This document shows, one piece after another, positions 11,904 through 20,882 of a stretch of DNA of 64,000 nucleotides. Numbering within the stretch: the first letter of the stretch is position 1; every line of letters begins with the position of its first letter. The DNA comes from Planctomycetota bacterium (GTDB taxonomy: Bacteria > Planctomycetota > UBA1135 > GCA-002686595): the NCBI GenBank assembly GCA_026647215.1, contig JAPKHC010000005.1:64316-128315 (forward strand), read 5' to 3'. A program made the position numbers and the translations under genes. The notes under the pieces are model-generated. The model worked only from the letters and a program-made list of their open reading frames with translations, did no database searches and was not told the origin of the DNA.

Positions 11904-12479
11904 TCAGCGACCGCGGACCATGGGCAGCGTGCGGAGCATCGACTCCACGGCGGTGCGGCCCGCGCTTGCCTGGCTGCTGATCAAGGCGTCCACGGCAGAA
12001 TCGAGCAAGCTCGCGAGCACGCTCTCGAGCCAGCTCGAGTCTTCGTCTTCCTCGAAACTCGACTGCCCGCCCTCCTCTGCGGCGCCGCTCCAGATCAGCG
12101 TGCCACTCGCGTCGTCGAAGAGCTCGCCCGACACGCGCACGTGCGGCTCGCGGTCGAACCGCCCCCACGTCTCGATGACGACGTGCAGCGTCGCCGAACG
12201 TGTCCGGTCGCCACGTCGATAGCCGCGCTCCTCCAGCGTGGACTCCACGCACTCGTCGACGATTTCGGTCGCCTCCACCGCCGCCGTGCGATTCGACGCG
12301 CCCAGCGCGCGAATGCAGGTCGGTCGGTGCGCCTCGAACTCGACGCTGCCGTGCTCCGGTGGCTTCGTCGAGCTGCACGCGACGCCCGCCAGGCCGAGCG
12401 CGAGCCCGACGAGAACGGACACGGCAACTCGCGCTCGGCGGGGCGAACGCGCCCGCGCATCGGCGGCCCTCGGGCTCAC
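11904..12479 (-). CDS. small hypothetical lipoprotein, translationally coupled to the upstream PPC-domain protein
   Basis: C-terminal 191 codons of ORF 11904..13262. GTG at 12477-12479 overlaps the upstream TGA (GTGA). Signal and lipobox RRARVAVSVLVGLALGLAGVACSS, with an acidic region EEDEDSSW. The exact start is uncertain. Confidence 0.45.
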   Translation of the reverse strand: MSPRAADARARSPRRARVAVSVLVGLALGLAGVACSSTKPPEHGSVEFEAHRPTCIRALGASNRTAAVEATEIVDECVESTLEERGYRRGDRTRSATLHVVIETWGRFDREPHVRVSGELFDDASGTLIWSGAAEEGGQSSFEEDEDSSWLESVLASLLDSAVDALISSQASAGRTAVESMLRTLPMVRGR

Positions 12480-12850
12480 GGGAACGACAGGCGCAGGCCT
12501 TCGCTCGTGTGCACGCCCAGGGCTCCCGGCACGGGATCGCGGAACCAGGCCTGGAAGGACCACACGTCGCCGAGTGCGATCGCGGCGGATGCGCCGGTCC
12601 AGTCGAGCGTGGTGACGAGCGTGCCGGAGCCGGTCGTCGTGATCGGCAGGCGCACGATGGGCGCCGCGAGGCACAGGAAGCCCTGACCGAAGATCGTCGC
12701 GGGCCGTTCCGTGCGGCTCATCAGCAGCATGCCGGGACGGTTGGCGGGCAGCGGGCCGGCGCTCAGCACGAGAGCTCCGACACCGGGTGTCGTCGAGCCG
12801 CTCGCGACGAGGCGCGCGCCTTCGCCGGTGGAGTTGCGTTCGACGCGGCA
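12476..12850 (-). other. shared C-terminal module, copy 2 of 4 (most divergent)
   Basis: CRVERNSTGEG...NRPGMLLMS...GFLCLAAPIVRLP...TLDWTG...FQAWFRDP...GLRLSFP-stop. Confidence 0.5.
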
Positions 12851-14146
12851 GAAGGGTTGGCCGAGCGTGAGGTCGAGGTCGAGGTCGTAGGTGTCGCAGT
12901 AGCCGTTCGCGAACCCGCCGTTGGGGCTCCCCACGCGCAGCCGCGTCGTGAACGGAGTCGTGGTGTGGTTCGTCCACGTGAGGAACTGCCGCGGGTCGAG
13001 CGAATCCGCATAGACATGGGCGCTCGAGGCGAGGAATTCGGCGGTGGAGCCGCTGCAGCCCGAGTGGAGCATCATCAGGCGCGACTCGCCGGTTCCCGTC
13101 GAGGTCGTGAGCAAGCGCACGGTCGAACGCGGCGGCACCTGCACCTCGAACCAGTCGAAATCGTGCCGCGAGAGGCTCAACCCCGACTGCGGACCCGAGA
13201 GCCGCGCGGCCGCGCCGCAGAAGTCGTTCGGCTCGAACGGATCGCCGGTGAAGACGCCGCACGGATCGACCTGGCTCTTCACGTCGAGGCCGTAGGCGAC
13301 GCAGAAGCCCGTCTGCGAATCCTGATCGGGAACCGGAGCGACCTCCAGCACGAGCGGACGCGGCGTCGCGCCCGGATTGAAGAGGTGCAGGCCTTGCAGC
13401 CCGCTGCCGTAGACGGTCGTGCCGAACGCGATCGCGCTCGGGTCACCGCAGGTCACGTTCAGGTCCCAGGCCGAGAGCCGGAGCACGTCGAGGTTCGACA
13501 GGCCGACGGGCTCGACCGAGACGAGCTCGCCGGGCTGCAGCACGAGCGAGTAGTAGTCGCGCTCCGCGATCGCGACGTCGAGGCCCGTGTGCAGGCCCAC
13601 CGGCAACACGCTCGGCGCACCGCAGTCCGAGTTCGGCTCGAACATGTCCGGCGGCCCGCCGAGGCACGGCTCGGGAATCGCCGTGAGGTCGAGGTCGTAG
13701 GTCGTGCAGGCCGTGAAGAACGTGTCGAAGCGCACGAGGAAGGTCGCCGGCGCCGTCGCGCTCGCGCTCCACGCGAGCGTGAGCTGCGTGACCCCGAGCT
13801 CGACGAACCCGAACGCGAGCCCCGCGTCGCCGAAGTTGCAGGTCCCCGACGGCCCCTGATCCTCGAGGATCCGGAAGAAGCCGAGCAGGTTCGCCGAGTT
13901 GGGCACCGACACGGTCGCGACCAGCCGCTGGCCCGCAGGCACCGTCACGCGAAAGACGTCCGCGCCCCCGTCGGGAACCGTGAGCCCGGTGTGCAGCCCC
14001 AGCGGCAGCGTGACCGCCGTCGCGCAGTCATCGTTGGGCTCGAACGGATCCGGCGGGCACTGCTGCGCCCAGGCGGGAGCGGCCGAGGCCAGCGAGAGCG
14101 TGAGCACGGACAGGAGACGACGCGAGCGTGCAGGAAGAGCGAGCAT
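12476..14146 (-). CDS. secreted protein with three pre-peptidase C-terminal (PPC)-like domains and the shared C-terminal module
   Basis: Start moved to ATG 14144-14146 (GGAGG 10 nt upstream). Signal peptide MLALPARSRRLLSVLTLSLASAAPAWAQ. Three units begin D.FEPN(D/S).C..A and contain GLHTGL or SGLSLS plus D..D.F/Y.V. No catalytic domain recognised. Confidence 0.65.
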   Translation of the reverse strand: MLALPARSRRLLSVLTLSLASAAPAWAQQCPPDPFEPNDDCATAVTLPLGLHTGLTVPDGGADVFRVTVPAGQRLVATVSVPNSANLLGFFRILEDQGPSGTCNFGDAGLAFGFVELGVTQLTLAWSASATAPATFLVRFDTFFTACTTYDLDLTAIPEPCLGGPPDMFEPNSDCGAPSVLPVGLHTGLDVAIAERDYYSLVLQPGELVSVEPVGLSNLDVLRLSAWDLNVTCGDPSAIAFGTTVYGSGLQGLHLFNPGATPRPLVLEVAPVPDQDSQTGFCVAYGLDVKSQVDPCGVFTGDPFEPNDFCGAAARLSGPQSGLSLSRHDFDWFEVQVPPRSTVRLLTTSTGTGESRLMMLHSGCSGSTAEFLASSAHVYADSLDPRQFLTWTNHTTTPFTTRLRVGSPNGGFANGYCDTYDLDLDLTLGQPFCRVERNSTGEGARLVASGSTTPGVGALVLSAGPLPANRPGMLLMSRTERPATIFGQGFLCLAAPIVRLPITTTGSGTLVTTLDWTGASAAIALGDVWSFQAWFRDPVPGALGVHTSEGLRLSFP

Positions 14147-14340
14147 GGGTGACACACCTCCGAAGAAAGGACCACGCGGCAACGGAACACGCCGGGAAGC
14201 GCACGCCGCCAGGATCGATCAGGGCTAGTTCTCGTGTTTGCCCTAGGCTACTGCCCCGCGCGGACTTCGGGTGGCCCGCATCCATCCACTTCCCGGACCG
14301 CGTGCTTCCCCACTCCCGCCTTCTGGGGTGCAAACCGTCG

Positions 14341-15591
14341 TCACTGCGCGTGGCGCTCGTACTCGATGACGTAGTCGAGCTCGCGATCCGCGGACAGCGT
14401 CAGCAGCACGCGTTCGGGGCCACGGTAGCCGGGGATCTTTGGGGGAATGAGCTCGTAGCTGCCCGGAACCTTGGCAGTCGCGTCGAAATGACTGTCGTCA
14501 AAATTGGCGAGTTCGAGGCCGCTGTCGGCCTGCGGCCAGCGGTCCGACGGGACAGGAAGCACGAGGTTGCCGCAGCGCAAGTACACGCAGGCGGAACTGC
14601 GGCGCGGAGCACGATCGACGTGTTGCCCGAAGAGGTCACGCCACATGCGGACCTCTTCCGACCGGCTTTCCGAGCGCTCGAACCTGTGGGCAATCGGCTC
14701 GAGGCCGTGCAGGTCGACTTCGATGCGCGTGAGCGTTTCGCCGTGCGCGTCGATCGTCATCGACAGGAACTCGAGACGTCGGTCGGGCTCCGTCCGGTCG
14801 ACACGCAACTCGAGTCGACCTGGCTTCAGCCCCTCGACGTCCAGCCAGCCGTCGCCGTCGATCGCCTGCGAAAACCCGTCCAAGCGCGCGCCCGCGGGCC
14901 ACACGGTCAACTGGACCGGGCCCGACTCCTCCACACCACGAACCACGACTCGCACAGGTGCCTCCGGCAGCAATCCCACGGTCTGGACGCCGCCACGCAG
15001 GAGGTCGAGCTCGAACCGCTCCGCCGCGTACCCCTTCGCGCGAACGATCAGCCGGCGCATGCGCGGCTGCGATCCTTCGAGGAACAGATCGCGCACATCG
15101 ACGGGATTGGGAGCCTCGCGGACGAGACACTCCCTGCCGGTGGCCAGGCCGCTCACTTCGAACCAGCCGGCCAGCCCCGTCGCGTCGGCCACGAAGATCG
15201 AATCCAGTTCGCGTCCATCACGGGCGTCGACGACTCGAACGAGCGTCGTCTGCGAGCAATCGACCGGGTTCCAGTCTGGAAGGGTCTCGACCGGCACCCA
15301 CTCATCCGAGTCCCACTCCACCGCAGGCTCCAGTTCGTCAGGCAAGAGCTCGGTCGACAGTTCCTCGTCAGGCTCGAACCGCTCGTACTTGAACAAGGCG
15401 CAGCCCACAAAAGCCGGTTTCCGCTGCGCGTAGTTCGGCACGAAGGCCCTCATCGGCACCCGCACCCACGTCCGGCGTCCCTCGACCGGCTCGAGCCGCC
15501 GCGGCGCTTGCGGTTCGGACACGCTCGCGCAACCGCCAACGCCCACGAGGAGCAGGACAGCGAACCGAATTCCGGGCGAGTGCAACGTCAT
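14341..15591 (-). CDS. hypothetical lipoprotein with beta-sandwich (carboxypeptidase-regulatory-like) repeats; paralog family A
   Basis: Internal ATG. MTLHSPGIRFAVLLLVGVGGCAS lipobox. The C-terminal strand PGSYELIPPKIPGYRGPERVLLTLSADRELDYVIEYE is paralogous to the end of the next gene. Confidence 0.55.
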   Translation of the reverse strand: MTLHSPGIRFAVLLLVGVGGCASVSEPQAPRRLEPVEGRRTWVRVPMRAFVPNYAQRKPAFVGCALFKYERFEPDEELSTELLPDELEPAVEWDSDEWVPVETLPDWNPVDCSQTTLVRVVDARDGRELDSIFVADATGLAGWFEVSGLATGRECLVREAPNPVDVRDLFLEGSQPRMRRLIVRAKGYAAERFELDLLRGGVQTVGLLPEAPVRVVVRGVEESGPVQLTVWPAGARLDGFSQAIDGDGWLDVEGLKPGRLELRVDRTEPDRRLEFLSMTIDAHGETLTRIEVDLHGLEPIAHRFERSESRSEEVRMWRDLFGQHVDRAPRRSSACVYLRCGNLVLPVPSDRWPQADSGLELANFDDSHFDATAKVPGSYELIPPKIPGYRGPERVLLTLSADRELDYVIEYERHAQ

Positions 15592-15669
15592 GGCCGGAGT
15601 TCTATCGACGCTCCAACGTTCGGTAACTTCCGCGGGTCCCACGCTCGAACGGAAGGCGTCGCCGCAACC

Positions 15670-17607
15670 TCAGCGCTCGAGCTCGTATTCGACGACATGC
15701 ACGGTGTCCTTGCCGGCGAAGACCTCGATGCGCTGGAGCGGCGGCTCCTTGTAGCCGGGCAGCTTTGGAGGCGTGAGTTCATAGGTCCCCGGCGCCGACA
15801 CGACAAAACGCACTTCACTCGTGCCGAATTCGATCAAACGCGTCTCGCCGCCCGTCGAAGGCGAGGATATCCACGGATGCCAGCCGTGGGGCACGGTGAG
15901 CGCCATTTCGCCCGATTTCAGGCGCAGGACGATCGCGCAGGCGCGCTCGAGCTGCACCGTGTGTTCGGTGACGCCCGTCGAGAGGTCGAGCTCGACGTGG
16001 ACCGGCGCGTATCCGTCGACGTGAGTCCAAAGTTCGATCGGCACGGGCGCGGAGCGCACGACGTAACGGTCGAGGTCCGTGTCGAAGCGTGCCGGTTCCT
16101 GTGAGTACGCGACCTCGTTCACACTCCGACGAGCGTGCCAGACGACTTCGGCCGAGCGGAGATCCTCGCCGGTCGCGGCGTCGAGCACACGCACGCGCAG
16201 CTGGGCAGGTGCTCCGACCACGAACTCGAGATCCCGGCGTCCCTCTGCGGGGAGATCGACCAGCCACGTCATGTCCGGAGTATCCAGCTCCAACAGGTGG
16301 CGGCCAGCCTGCAGGTCCTTCGCGGCCCAGCGGAACTCGTCGAAACCGGGGCGGTTCGACGCGACACGTCTCGCCTGAACCTCGACCCGGGGCTCCTGTC
16401 CACGCAACGGCGCGTCGAGCAGGTGCAGGATCAGGCGCGGTGGCACACTCGCCCAACCGCCGTGAACCCACAGCGTGCCCTCACAATTCGCAGCAAGGAA
16501 TTCAGGCGGAGGGACGAGCTCGAGGCGGACCTTGGCGACACCTCCCGTCGGGATGTTTGCGACGGTCCGTCCAAGCAGAATCGGATTCTGGAAGACCTCG
16601 CCCAACTCCACGCTCACGTAGAGGTCGCCCTGCGGAAGCCCATCGATCTCGAACCGATCCCGCGTGGCCAGTTCGAGTTCGAGCAGAGGAACACGCTCGT
16701 CCGCGACTCGGAGCCGGAGCCGCGCCGCCGCGGTGGCAGCACTGGCTCCACGCACATCGAGCGACAGCGATCCGCCGCGCCGCAGGACGACGCGACTCTC
16801 GCCTCCGACGAGCAAGTCGATCGTCACCAGCGTCCAGGCGTAGCCGTCGGCGCCCACCGACACCTGGAGCTCGTCCCACAGCGAGAGCTGCGAACGATAG
16901 GGCTCCAGTTCGATCGGGGACGCGAGTCCCGAGGCCACGCTCCGTTTGTCGAGATCGAGGCCGGGGTGATGGGTGCCTTGGAAGGACGTCGAAGACGGTC
17001 GGGCGAGCGTGATCCCGGAGAGCTCGGCGCCGGTCGCAGCATCGACCACGCGCAACAGAGGCGGCGGCGGCAGTGCGAGCCGCACCACGAGTTCCAGCGC
17101 CTCCGGCAGCGGAACGCCTGTGGCCGGCGAAGTGACACGGGCGAAGCGTGTGCCAACTTGCGCATCGAGCACGGCCACCGAGCGCGTGCCGTCGCGAAGC
17201 GCGAAAGGCGTGACCCAGCTCCCACGCTCGAACTCGATGTCCCTCGTCTCGAACTGGCCGTCGACCTCGAGCGAAAGCGTGAAGGTCCCGCTCGGCTCGG
17301 GCACGTCGAGGCCGTGCTCGTCGAGTACGACGACGGTGCCACGCAGCGACGGGCCGAGGTCGATCGCGGACGCCGGAGTCGAAGCGTCCTCGGCCTGGGG
17401 AGCAACTTCCGCTCGGGAATTCAGCCTCGGATCCGAGCCCCCGGCGGGTTCGCTCGGCGCAGAGGGAGGCGCGGGCGCCTCGTCTTGCTCGAAGGCCGCC
17501 GCGGAGTTCCCCGGAGCGCCACTCTCCGCGTCGGGCGTGCGCCGCAGAAAGAACAGCAGCGCGACGAGGAGCACGAGCCCGAGCGAAATCGATGCGAGCG
17601 CCTTCAC
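15670..17607 (-). CDS. membrane-anchored beta-sandwich repeat protein; paralog family A
   Basis: Track ORF 15670..17820. I prefer the GTG at 17605-17607 (M-KALASISLGLVLLVALLFFL signal anchor). The in-frame ATG at 17734-17736 would overlap the divergent + gene ATG at 17735 (CATG). The C-terminus PGTYELTPPKLPGYKEPPLQRIEVFAGKDTVHVVEYE matches the neighbouring paralog. Confidence 0.55.
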   Translation of the reverse strand: MKALASISLGLVLLVALLFFLRRTPDAESGAPGNSAAAFEQDEAPAPPSAPSEPAGGSDPRLNSRAEVAPQAEDASTPASAIDLGPSLRGTVVVLDEHGLDVPEPSGTFTLSLEVDGQFETRDIEFERGSWVTPFALRDGTRSVAVLDAQVGTRFARVTSPATGVPLPEALELVVRLALPPPPLLRVVDAATGAELSGITLARPSSTSFQGTHHPGLDLDKRSVASGLASPIELEPYRSQLSLWDELQVSVGADGYAWTLVTIDLLVGGESRVVLRRGGSLSLDVRGASAATAAARLRLRVADERVPLLELELATRDRFEIDGLPQGDLYVSVELGEVFQNPILLGRTVANIPTGGVAKVRLELVPPPEFLAANCEGTLWVHGGWASVPPRLILHLLDAPLRGQEPRVEVQARRVASNRPGFDEFRWAAKDLQAGRHLLELDTPDMTWLVDLPAEGRRDLEFVVGAPAQLRVRVLDAATGEDLRSAEVVWHARRSVNEVAYSQEPARFDTDLDRYVVRSAPVPIELWTHVDGYAPVHVELDLSTGVTEHTVQLERACAIVLRLKSGEMALTVPHGWHPWISSPSTGGETRLIEFGTSEVRFVVSAPGTYELTPPKLPGYKEPPLQRIEVFAGKDTVHVVEYELER

Positions 17608-17734
17608 TGCGGGGTCGAGCGTACCGAGCGAGCTGCAAGTCCGCGACGGAGCCGGGCCGCGCTCCCGGAGAACGTCCGAAAGTCGGTCCGATTCCGGTCG
17701 AAATGGGGCCGTCCGTTGCCTAGGGTTCCGCCCC

Positions 17735-19012
17735 ATGAACCCGACATCCTTGGAGCTCCTCGCGACCGTCTTCTTCGGGCTGGCGGTCCTGCACACGTTC
17801 TTCGTCAAGCGCTTCGCCACGTGGGCGCACCACTACCCCGAGGGGTCGCTGGCGGAGAATCTGCTGCATTTCCTCGCGGAAACCGAGGTCGTGTTCGGCC
17901 TGTGGGCCGCTGCGCTGTTCGCCGGGATCGTCGCGCTGACCGGCTCGCTGCACTCCGCGATCGAGCACATCGAGGGCCTGAACTTCACCGAGCCCAAGTT
18001 CGTGCTGGTCGTGATGGTCGTCGCGGCGACGCGGCCGGTCGTCAACCTCGCGGAGAAGCTGATTTCCCTCGCCGCGCGCCTCGTGCCGGGCACGGAGTCG
18101 TTCCGCTTCTATGTCGCGGCGCTTTCGATCGGACCGCTGCTCGGCTCGCTGATCACCGAGCCGGCCGCGATGACGCTGCTCGCGCTCGTGCTCAAGCGCC
18201 GCTACTTCGACCGCGACATCTCGCGCCGCCTCGCCTACCTCACGCTCGGCCTGCTGTTCGTCAACGTCTCGATCGGCGGCACGCTGACGCACTTCGCGGC
18301 GCCGCCGGTGCTGATGGTGGCGAGCAAGTGGCAGTGGGGCTCGCTCTTCATGCTGCAGACCTTCGGCTGGCGCGCGGCCTGTGCCTGCGTGGTGTCGACG
18401 CTCGCCGTCGCCCTCGCCTTCCGCCGCGAGCTGACGGCACTGCCCGCGCAAGCCGGCGAGTCCTCGCGCGTTCCCGCCTGGCTCACCTTCGCGCACCTCG
18501 CGTTCCTCGGCGCCGTGGTCGGCTTCGCGCACCACCCCGACGTTTTCTTCGGGGTTTTCATGCTGTTCCTCGGCCTCGTCACCGCGACGAAGGAGTACCA
18601 GGACACGCTCAAGCTCAAGGAAGGCCTGCTCGTGGGCTTCTTCCTCGCCGGACTCGTGACGATGGGCTCGCTGCAGTCGTGGTGGCTCAAGCCGCTGATC
18701 CAGGGCATGAGCGGCGCCCCGCTCTACTTCGGCGCTACCGGCCTCACCGCGATCACCGACAACGCGGCGCTCACGTACCTCGGCTCGCTCGTCGAAGGCA
18801 TCTCGGCGGACCTCAAGTACGCGCTCGTCGCCGGGGCGGTGACCGGCGGCGGCCTGACGGTGATCGCGAACGCGCCGAACCCTGCGGGCGCGGGCATCCT
18901 GCAGAGCGCGAAGTCCTTCGGCGGCGAAGGCATCAGCCCGATCTCGCTGCTGCTCGGCGCGCTCTTCCCGACGGCGATCGCGATCGTGTTCTTCTGGCTG
19001 ATCCCGCACTAG
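17735..19012 (+). CDS. putative Na+/H+ antiporter-family membrane protein (DUF1504 / Na_H_antiport_2-like)
   Basis: 425 aa from the internal ATG of ORF 16973..19012. Polytopic, with motifs GPLLGSLITEPAAMT, GGTLTHFAAPPVLMVA, TAITDNAALTYLG and GGGLTVIANAPNPAG. Confidence 0.65.
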   Translation: MNPTSLELLATVFFGLAVLHTFFVKRFATWAHHYPEGSLAENLLHFLAETEVVFGLWAAALFAGIVALTGSLHSAIEHIEGLNFTEPKFVLVVMVVAATRPVVNLAEKLISLAARLVPGTESFRFYVAALSIGPLLGSLITEPAAMTLLALVLKRRYFDRDISRRLAYLTLGLLFVNVSIGGTLTHFAAPPVLMVASKWQWGSLFMLQTFGWRAACACVVSTLAVALAFRRELTALPAQAGESSRVPAWLTFAHLAFLGAVVGFAHHPDVFFGVFMLFLGLVTATKEYQDTLKLKEGLLVGFFLAGLVTMGSLQSWWLKPLIQGMSGAPLYFGATGLTAITDNAALTYLGSLVEGISADLKYALVAGAVTGGGLTVIANAPNPAGAGILQSAKSFGGEGISPISLLLGALFPTAIAIVFFWLIPH

Positions 19013-19022
19013 CCGCTGAAGA

Positions 19023-19439
19023 TCACGGCGAAACCGCGACGGTCCAAGCCGACGTGAGGCTCGTGCCGAGCGGCGCGGTGACGTCGCGGTACCAGCCCTG
19101 GAGGTAGAGCTGCTCCCCGCCGGCGAACGGCGCACCGAGAGCTGCGGGGTTGGCAGCGAGCCAAGCCGCGAGGTCGATCGAGAGGGAACCGCCGCACGTG
19201 CCCGCGCCACCCGTCGACGAGACGGGAAGGCGCTGGCGCGGACCGAAGACGCACAGCATGTTCCCCGCGCCGCCCCAGCTCGCCCAGTTGGATTGCAGGC
19301 CGTAGAAGAAGAGCCCCGGCCGCTGCGGCGGCAGGTTGCTCGCCGTCAGGAGGTACCCGCTGCCCGCCGTCACCGACAGGCATCCGCTCGCGCTGATCGT
19401 CGTCGCACAGACGAGATCGCCGCTGAAATTGGGCGCGCA
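19023..19439 (-). other. shared C-terminal module, copy 3 of 4
   Basis: CAPNFSGDLVCATTISASGC...QRPGLFFYG...NMLCVFGPRQRLP...TCGGSLSIDLAAW...YLQGWYRDV...LTSAWTVAVSP-stop. Confidence 0.6.
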
Positions 19440-20882
19440 GTAGTTCGTCCCCGACGAATCCTCGTCCGTCGTGCCGTCACAGTCGTTGTCGAGCCCGTCG
19501 CAGCCGTCGAACGCGAAGGCGTGCACGTTCGCCGCGCCGTCGTCGCAGTCGAGCGCGTTGACCGACCAGCCCGCGGGCGCCGGGAGGCACTGCGCGACGC
19601 TCGCCGCACCGCTGTCGCCGTAGCCGTCGAGGTCGAAGTCGGGATAGTGCGGCCCGCAGGCGCCGCGCAGGTAGACGTCCTCCCACTGGTTCGTGTCGCC
19701 GGGGAGCAGGTTGTCCGCCGACGTCGAGAACGCGACCAACGACGCGTCGGCGCTCATCGTGACCCACTCCGTCTCGAAGTCGGTGTCGAGCCCCGCGGCA
19801 TCGAAGTCGACGCGGATCGCGCCCCGCTGCGCGGGAATGCGCACGAAGGCATTGCGCCAGAAGTTCGTGTCGCCGGGAACGATGCCGTCGTCGTCGCTCG
19901 TGAAGGCGACGTGCGCGCCGTCGGCGGAGATCACGCCCTGGTAGGCACCGCTCCACCACGGCCCGAACGGCGGCGGCGCCGTCTGGTGCACGTCGATGCG
20001 AAGGGCCTCGCCCGAGAGCGTGTCGAGCCGGAACAGGCCGGTGCTCCCGCTCAGGACGGTGACGCCGTATTGGGTGTAGAGCAGGAAGCGGCCGTCGAAG
20101 GACGACTGCTCCGGGAGCTCGAAGTACACCTCGTTCACGAGCACGCTCAGCGCGCCCGAGGCAACGTCGAGGCGCTCGATCGTTCCCGCAAAGTCGCCGT
20201 TGGCGAGGTAGATCTCGCGCTTGAAGTCGAGGAAGCGCCCGTCTCCCGACAGCACGCCGCCCGAGAGGAAGACGGCATCGACGCCCGGAGCCGGGGGCGT
20301 GTTGTTCAGGGTCCGCACGAGCCCCGACACGCGGTCGACGACCCGCAGCTCTCCCGACTGGTCGGGCGAGCCGCCGGAACTGGCGACGACACGTCCGTCG
20401 GCGCTCAGGCCGATCGGGAAATGGTGCGTGAAGACGGTCGAGGTCGAGAGCAGCGTCGTCGTGCCGAGCGTGCGGTCGCGCAGGTACACGTCCGGCTGCG
20501 GATCGGTGTCCGCCGGATCGAGGCCGCTCGCGTCGAACAGCACGAAGCGACCGTCCTGCGAGAGGAACGCGCGGCTGAGCGTGGACAGCGTCGACTGCTG
20601 TCCGGCGTTGCCGACGCTCACGCGCGTCGTCGTCTGCGCGACGCGGTCGCGCACGAAGAGGTCGTCGGTCGCGTTCGTGTCGCCCGGAACGAGGTTCGTC
20701 GCGCGGCTGAAATACGCGACGGCGCTGCCGTCGCCCGACAGCACCGGTCGCAGGCAGGCCTGGTCCGGCTCCCCGCCCGTCGAAGTCACGCTCACCCGCT
20801 CCAACCCCTGCGCCCAGCTGCTCGTCGCCAGCGCCCCGAGCATCCAGACGGCCCCAAGTACGACCCTTGTGCGTGCGTGCAT
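19023..20882 (-). CDS. secreted PD40/TolB-like beta-propeller repeat protein with Cys-rich Asp motif region and the shared C-terminal module
   Basis: Internal ATG with AAGGAG upstream. Signal peptide MHARTRVVLGAVWMLGALATSSWAQ. Repeats SGDG..VAF.S.A.NLVPGDTN...D.F(V/L)RD. CDDG...FDGCDGLDNDCDGTTDED resembles the putative metal-binding Cys-rich repeat. C-terminal 138 aa belong to the recurrent module. Confidence 0.65.
   Translation of the reverse strand: MHARTRVVLGAVWMLGALATSSWAQGLERVSVTSTGGEPDQACLRPVLSGDGSAVAYFSRATNLVPGDTNATDDLFVRDRVAQTTTRVSVGNAGQQSTLSTLSRAFLSQDGRFVLFDASGLDPADTDPQPDVYLRDRTLGTTTLLSTSTVFTHHFPIGLSADGRVVASSGGSPDQSGELRVVDRVSGLVRTLNNTPPAPGVDAVFLSGGVLSGDGRFLDFKREIYLANGDFAGTIERLDVASGALSVLVNEVYFELPEQSSFDGRFLLYTQYGVTVLSGSTGLFRLDTLSGEALRIDVHQTAPPPFGPWWSGAYQGVISADGAHVAFTSDDDGIVPGDTNFWRNAFVRIPAQRGAIRVDFDAAGLDTDFETEWVTMSADASLVAFSTSADNLLPGDTNQWEDVYLRGACGPHYPDFDLDGYGDSGAASVAQCLPAPAGWSVNALDCDDGAANVHAFAFDGCDGLDNDCDGTTDEDSSGTNYCAPNFSGDLVCATTISASGCLSVTAGSGYLLTASNLPPQRPGLFFYGLQSNWASWGGAGNMLCVFGPRQRLPVSSTGGAGTCGGSLSIDLAAWLAANPAALGAPFAGGEQLYLQGWYRDVTAPLGTSLTSAWTVAVSP

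Noticed and set aside
14322-14334. Exact 13-mer TCTGGGGTGCAAA shared with 43058-43070 (and a similar TTTGGGTGCAAC at about 37768-37780), considered as a promoter or regulatory motif
   Set aside because: By rough estimate, on the order of a hundred exact 13-mer coincidences are expected by chance among all position pairs in 64 kb of biased composition on both strands. Positions relative to genes are inconsistent (176, 144 and 76 nt upstream on the minus strand; no downstream plus-strand gene for the first). No plausible -10 element follows.
16135-19107. 990-aa plus-strand ORF, and similar long ORFs 2364..3983(+), 12200..14152(+), 14128..16104(+), 39873..41108(+), 41166..42989(+), 50432..52372(-), 51658..53835(-), 62077..63984(-)
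   Set aside because: All overlap genes that have clear motifs, signal peptides or TM helices in another frame or strand. Their translations are Arg/Ala/Pro/Gly-dominated without family signatures.
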